DNA of 64,000 nucleotides from an uncultured Alphaproteobacteria bacterium (GTDB lineage Bacteria; Pseudomonadota; Alphaproteobacteria; CAAHEQ01; UBA3637): NCBI GenBank assembly GCA_944392125.1, contig CALXVP010000001.1, positions 289,020 to 353,019 of the forward strand, read 5' to 3'. Shown piece by piece: positions 60,979 to 64,000 of this stretch (position 1 is its first letter; each line of letters starts with the position of its first letter). The notes under the pieces were generated by a model. It saw only the letters and a program-made list of their open reading frames with translations, ran no database searches and was not told where the DNA came from. The position numbers and the translations under genes were made by a program.

Positions 60979-61950
60979 TTATGCCACGCCGGCCATCAAT
61001 AATGAATGCACGTGCAATAATCCGATCGGTTTATTTTCGCCGTCAACCACGAACAAACTCGTAATTTTCTTTGTGTTCATTAACCGCAACGCTTCAACGC
61101 ACAAAATATCCGGCACAACCGTTTTCGGATTCAATGTCATAACCGATGAAACCGGTTGCTCTATGATGTTGGCCGACATGTGCCGACGCAAATCGCCGTC
61201 CGTAATCATGCCGACTAAACGCCCCTCTTTATCAACCACACCCAAACAGCCCCAACTTTTTGCCGTCATAACAACAAGCGCATCACTCATCTTCATCTCT
61301 TTCGGCACAAGCGGTAAATCATCGCCCGTTACCATCACGTCTCTGGCTCTTAACAACACATTGCCGAGTTTTCCGCCCGGATGACGATCATGAAATTCCT
61401 CGCGCGTAAAGCCTTTTTGTTCTATCAACGCAACGGCAATCGCATCGCCCATTGCCAAGGTCGTTGTTGTAGAAGTTGTCGGCGCCAATCCCAGCGGACA
61501 CGCCTCGGGTGCTTCCTTCTTGGACGGAATTAACAACACCAAATCCGCCGCTTTTGCCATGGTGCTTTCCGGATTGCTCGTAATCGCAACCATCGGTATA
61601 CCGAACCGACGCGAGAATGAAATAATATCACCCATTTCTTTGCTTTCGCCCGAGTTGGAAATCGTCAGCAATAAATCGTCTTTCGTGAGCATTCCCAAAT
61701 CTCCGTGGCTCGCTTCGCTCGGATGCACAAAGAAAGCCGGCGTGCCCGTTGAGGCCAACGTCGCCGCTATCTTTTGCCCGATGTGTCCGCTTTTGCCCAT
61801 ACCGGAAACAATTAAGCGTCCCTTAATTTTAGTCATCATTTCAATCGCTTTTACAAAGCTATCGCCGAAATTCTTTTTCATTTCTTCCAAGCCGTGAATC
61901 TCCATATCAATCACGCGTCCGGCGCTTGCAATCAACTCTTCTGCCAGCAT
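60979..61950 (-). CDS. kdsD: Arabinose-5-phosphate isomerase (SIS + tandem CBS; KdsD/KpsF)
   Basis: SIS motif VSGMGKSGHIGQKIAATLASTGTPAFF and C-terminal CBS pair. Confidence 0.8.
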   Translation of the reverse strand: MLAEELIASAGRVIDMEIHGLEEMKKNFGDSFVKAIEMMTKIKGRLIVSGMGKSGHIGQKIAATLASTGTPAFFVHPSEASHGDLGMLTKDDLLLTISNSGESKEMGDIISFSRRFGIPMVAITSNPESTMAKAADLVLLIPSKKEAPEACPLGLAPTTSTTTTLAMGDAIAVALIEQKGFTREEFHDRHPGGKLGNVLLRARDVMVTGDDLPLVPKEMKMSDALVVMTAKSWGCLGVVDKEGRLVGMITDGDLRRHMSANIIEQPVSSVMTLNPKTVVPDILCVEALRLMNTKKITSLFVVDGENKPIGLLHVHSLLMAGVA

Positions 61951-61965
61951 AATTCGCTCCTTATC

Positions 61966-62577
61966 TCAATGATTAAATATATCGGGATCATCAAAATCCA
62001 ATAAATCCAGTTTCGCGCGCGTCGGCAAAAAAGCAAAGCATTCTTGCGCAATATCCGCACGATTCTCTCTGCTCAACAAGCCGTCCAGTATTTTTTTCAA
62101 TGCATGTAAATACAACACATCATTTGCCGCATATTTTTGTTGTGCGTCAGTCAACACATCAGCACCCCAATCGGATGTTTGTTGCTCTTTCTCTAACTCA
62201 ACGCCTAATAAATCCGCACAAAGAGACTTTAAACTGTGCGACGGAGAAGATGTGCGACACAACTTCGATGCAATTTTCGTGCAATAAATCGGGGCTGTTA
62301 TGACTCCTAAATCATTTAAAATTTTTGCGACATCAAATCGCGCAAAATGAAAAATTTTTAAAACGTTTTCATCTGTTAACAACCGTTTTAAATTCGGGCA
62401 ATCCACACCCTTTACAATTTGCACTAAAACGGCTTTCCCGTCACCGGCCGATAATTGCACCAAACATAATCTATCGCGGTGCAAATTAAGCCCCATTGTT
62501 TCCGTATCAACGGCAACGGACGATCCGAATGATACACCCTCGGGCAAATCGCCGTGATATAATGTAATTTCAGCCAT
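61966..62577 (-). CDS. 3'-5' exonuclease domain protein (RNase D/DEDDy-like)
   Basis: Exo I motif VAVDTETMGL and a downstream YAANDVLYLH motif. Confidence 0.65.
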   Translation of the reverse strand: MAEITLYHGDLPEGVSFGSSVAVDTETMGLNLHRDRLCLVQLSAGDGKAVLVQIVKGVDCPNLKRLLTDENVLKIFHFARFDVAKILNDLGVITAPIYCTKIASKLCRTSSPSHSLKSLCADLLGVELEKEQQTSDWGADVLTDAQQKYAANDVLYLHALKKILDGLLSRENRADIAQECFAFLPTRAKLDLLDFDDPDIFNH

Positions 62578-62740
62578 AAAACTCGGCTCCTTTCAAATAA
62601 TATGTTTGCTGTTATACAACACGTTATTCAAAAAATCAACGAAAAAGATAACTTTTGCCCAATATACACCTTTTTGTTGCCCAAGCGGAGTTTTTTTCTG
62701 CCCGTTGTTTTTTCCCGATAAACGAAAAGCCTCAATCTTA

Positions 62741-64000
62741 TTACACTTTGCTCCGTTGTTGCATTTCTTGCTCAACGCGCTGAGCAAAATATGTCCCGAT
62801 TTTATTTGTGTTTCGCTCAATCTCTTTTTTGATTCTGGCTATTTTTTGATGTGTTTGCTTTATATCTAATAAAGACTTCCTCGGTGTTTTTCTATCTTGA
62901 TGAACATACGCATTTATCCTACTGTTTTTCGGTAATAAATCTTTCCGTCCGATTAATCCCATATATCGGAATTCCACCCGCTTGATATATTCCTCAAAAA
63001 ATTGAGAAGGCTCGTTCGAATCTTCGGCTTGCTTTACACCCAAGTAGGTTAGAAAATTTTTCTCAAAAAACCGATTATCACTTAAAACTTCCTCAACAGG
63101 GAAATTATTTTGTTCACAATACTTGTGTAACAGCTGTCTGCACAAAAAATTACACGCAAAACTGCGATACATCACATTCACAAAAGCCTTATCCATTGTT
63201 TCAAATGTTTTTGCAAGAACATTTAACGGTAAATGCATGGAACGAATTTTTCGCATATTAAGTGAACGGCTTATATTCTCTTTGCTTAGCTGTTTTCTGA
63301 CAGGTTCCGGCATTTGCTTAACAAGACTTCCGTATGGTCTTAAAAATTCTTTCATACTTGCGCTCATCGACGCCATAGAAGCATAGAAGAATGCCCGTGT
63401 TAAACGCTCTCTTTCAATTTCCTGATCCGTCCACTGTTCGGGCGCCGATACGGGTTGCCAAGTTGAAAACAGTTTTTCAAATTTCGGATATTGCTGTTTC
63501 ATGTGTGCCGTATGTGTGCTGGAATACGCATACAGCCCCGCCTCAAAAGCCAACTGCTTCGTTAGTGCGGCTTTCTCGGCTTCATCAATGAGCACAAATT
63601 GCATTAACTCTTGTTGCGTTAACGAAGAATCCCATAGCGCCGGAAAAACATCTCCTTCATTTACAGGCTGATATGGGAAAACAGATAATCCTACAAACTC
63701 ATACCGATCAATGGTATGAGCCAATTCATGACTCATTGTAAGAGCAATCATTTCTATTGTTTCGCTCAGTTTTTCTTTACTAATATCAATTTTATTACCC
63801 GCAGATCGCCCCCCTAATCCTTCGTCATCTTTTAAAATGCCTACTTGTATACCCCGCGGGATACGACGCAACCACAACCTTGCCGTCGGCAACCGATTAG
63901 CATACACCAGCGCTTTTTTAATAATCTCTCCAAAGCGCATTTGTTCCCGTTTTTCCTCTCTGAGAGATGTTTGGCACTCAACCATATAATCGGGTTCGCA
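62741..64000 (-). CDS. Hypothetical HExxH metallopeptidase-like protein (N-terminus may extend beyond window)
   Basis: HELAH motif. The reading frame is open to the window edge upstream of the annotated Met. Confidence 0.35.
   Translation of the reverse strand, partial: CEPDYMVECQTSLREEKREQMRFGEIIKKALVYANRLPTARLWLRRIPRGIQVGILKDDEGLGGRSAGNKIDISKEKLSETIEMIALTMSHELAHTIDRYEFVGLSVFPYQPVNEGDVFPALWDSSLTQQELMQFVLIDEAEKAALTKQLAFEAGLYAYSSTHTAHMKQQYPKFEKLFSTWQPVSAPEQWTDQEIERERLTRAFFYASMASMSASMKEFLRPYGSLVKQMPEPVRKQLSKENISRSLNMRKIRSMHLPLNVLAKTFETMDKAFVNVMYRSFACNFLCRQLLHKYCEQNNFPVEEVLSDNRFFEKNFLTYLGVKQAEDSNEPSQFFEEYIKRVEFRYMGLIGRKDLLPKNSRINAYVHQDRKTPRKSLLDIKQTHQKIARIKKEIERNTNKIGTYFAQRVEQEMQQRSKV

Overview
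The window is a compositional mosaic from an LPS-producing diderm bacterium. The right-hand core (about 57-64 kb, roughly 50% GC by eye) carries pfkA, lptB, a fused LptC/LptA-like protein, kdsD and an RNase D-like exonuclease. Left of it lie several acquired blocks. (i) 1-11.9 kb is a very AT-rich defence or DNA-modification-like island. It holds the 3' part of a type III restriction Res gene, a SNF2-family helicase, and a tight co-directional set of nucleotide and base-excision enzymes: NUDIX, FAD-oxidoreductase, Mpg 3-methyladenine glycosylase, a convergent P-loop NMP kinase, a Ppx/GppA-like phosphatase, an AlkA-like HhH-GPD glycosylase, a degenerate deaminase fused to a SAM methyltransferase, a UDG-like protein and a nucleoside 2-deoxyribosyltransferase-like protein. 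This is the strongest candidate for a novel system. (ii) 11.9-24.4 kb is a decayed lambda-like prophage on the minus strand. It keeps a sigma-like gene, a ParB-nuclease/DNA methyltransferase fusion, a truncated terminase, gpW, portal and S49 prohead protease. A deletion scar replaces the capsid-to-tail-tube genes, and the tail genes L/K/I-J follow, with J truncated. Two tandem copies of an Rz/Rz1 spanin module flank a frameshifted alanine-dehydrogenase-family pseudogene and a DUF3850 gene. A tRNA-like 3' fragment with a terminator sits at the edge. (iii) 24.8-30.8 kb is a GDP-heptose modification locus: Gmd-like 4,6-dehydratase, gmhA, hddA, an HddC-GmhB fusion, an SDR reductase and an FdtA-like cupin. 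(iv) 31.1-48.9 kb is a two-partner secretion pair: a TpsB with a long low-complexity N-terminal extension, and a 5.2k-aa TpsA exoprotein with an unusual Gly-rich repeat core. Downstream are an LMW protein-tyrosine phosphatase and three secreted, membrane or ankyrin-like hypothetical proteins. (v) 54-56.7 kb has three tandem type-IV-pilin-like paralogs with identical N-termini, conserved 5' leaders and degenerate tandem repeats between them. No CRISPR array, IS element or integrase is evident.
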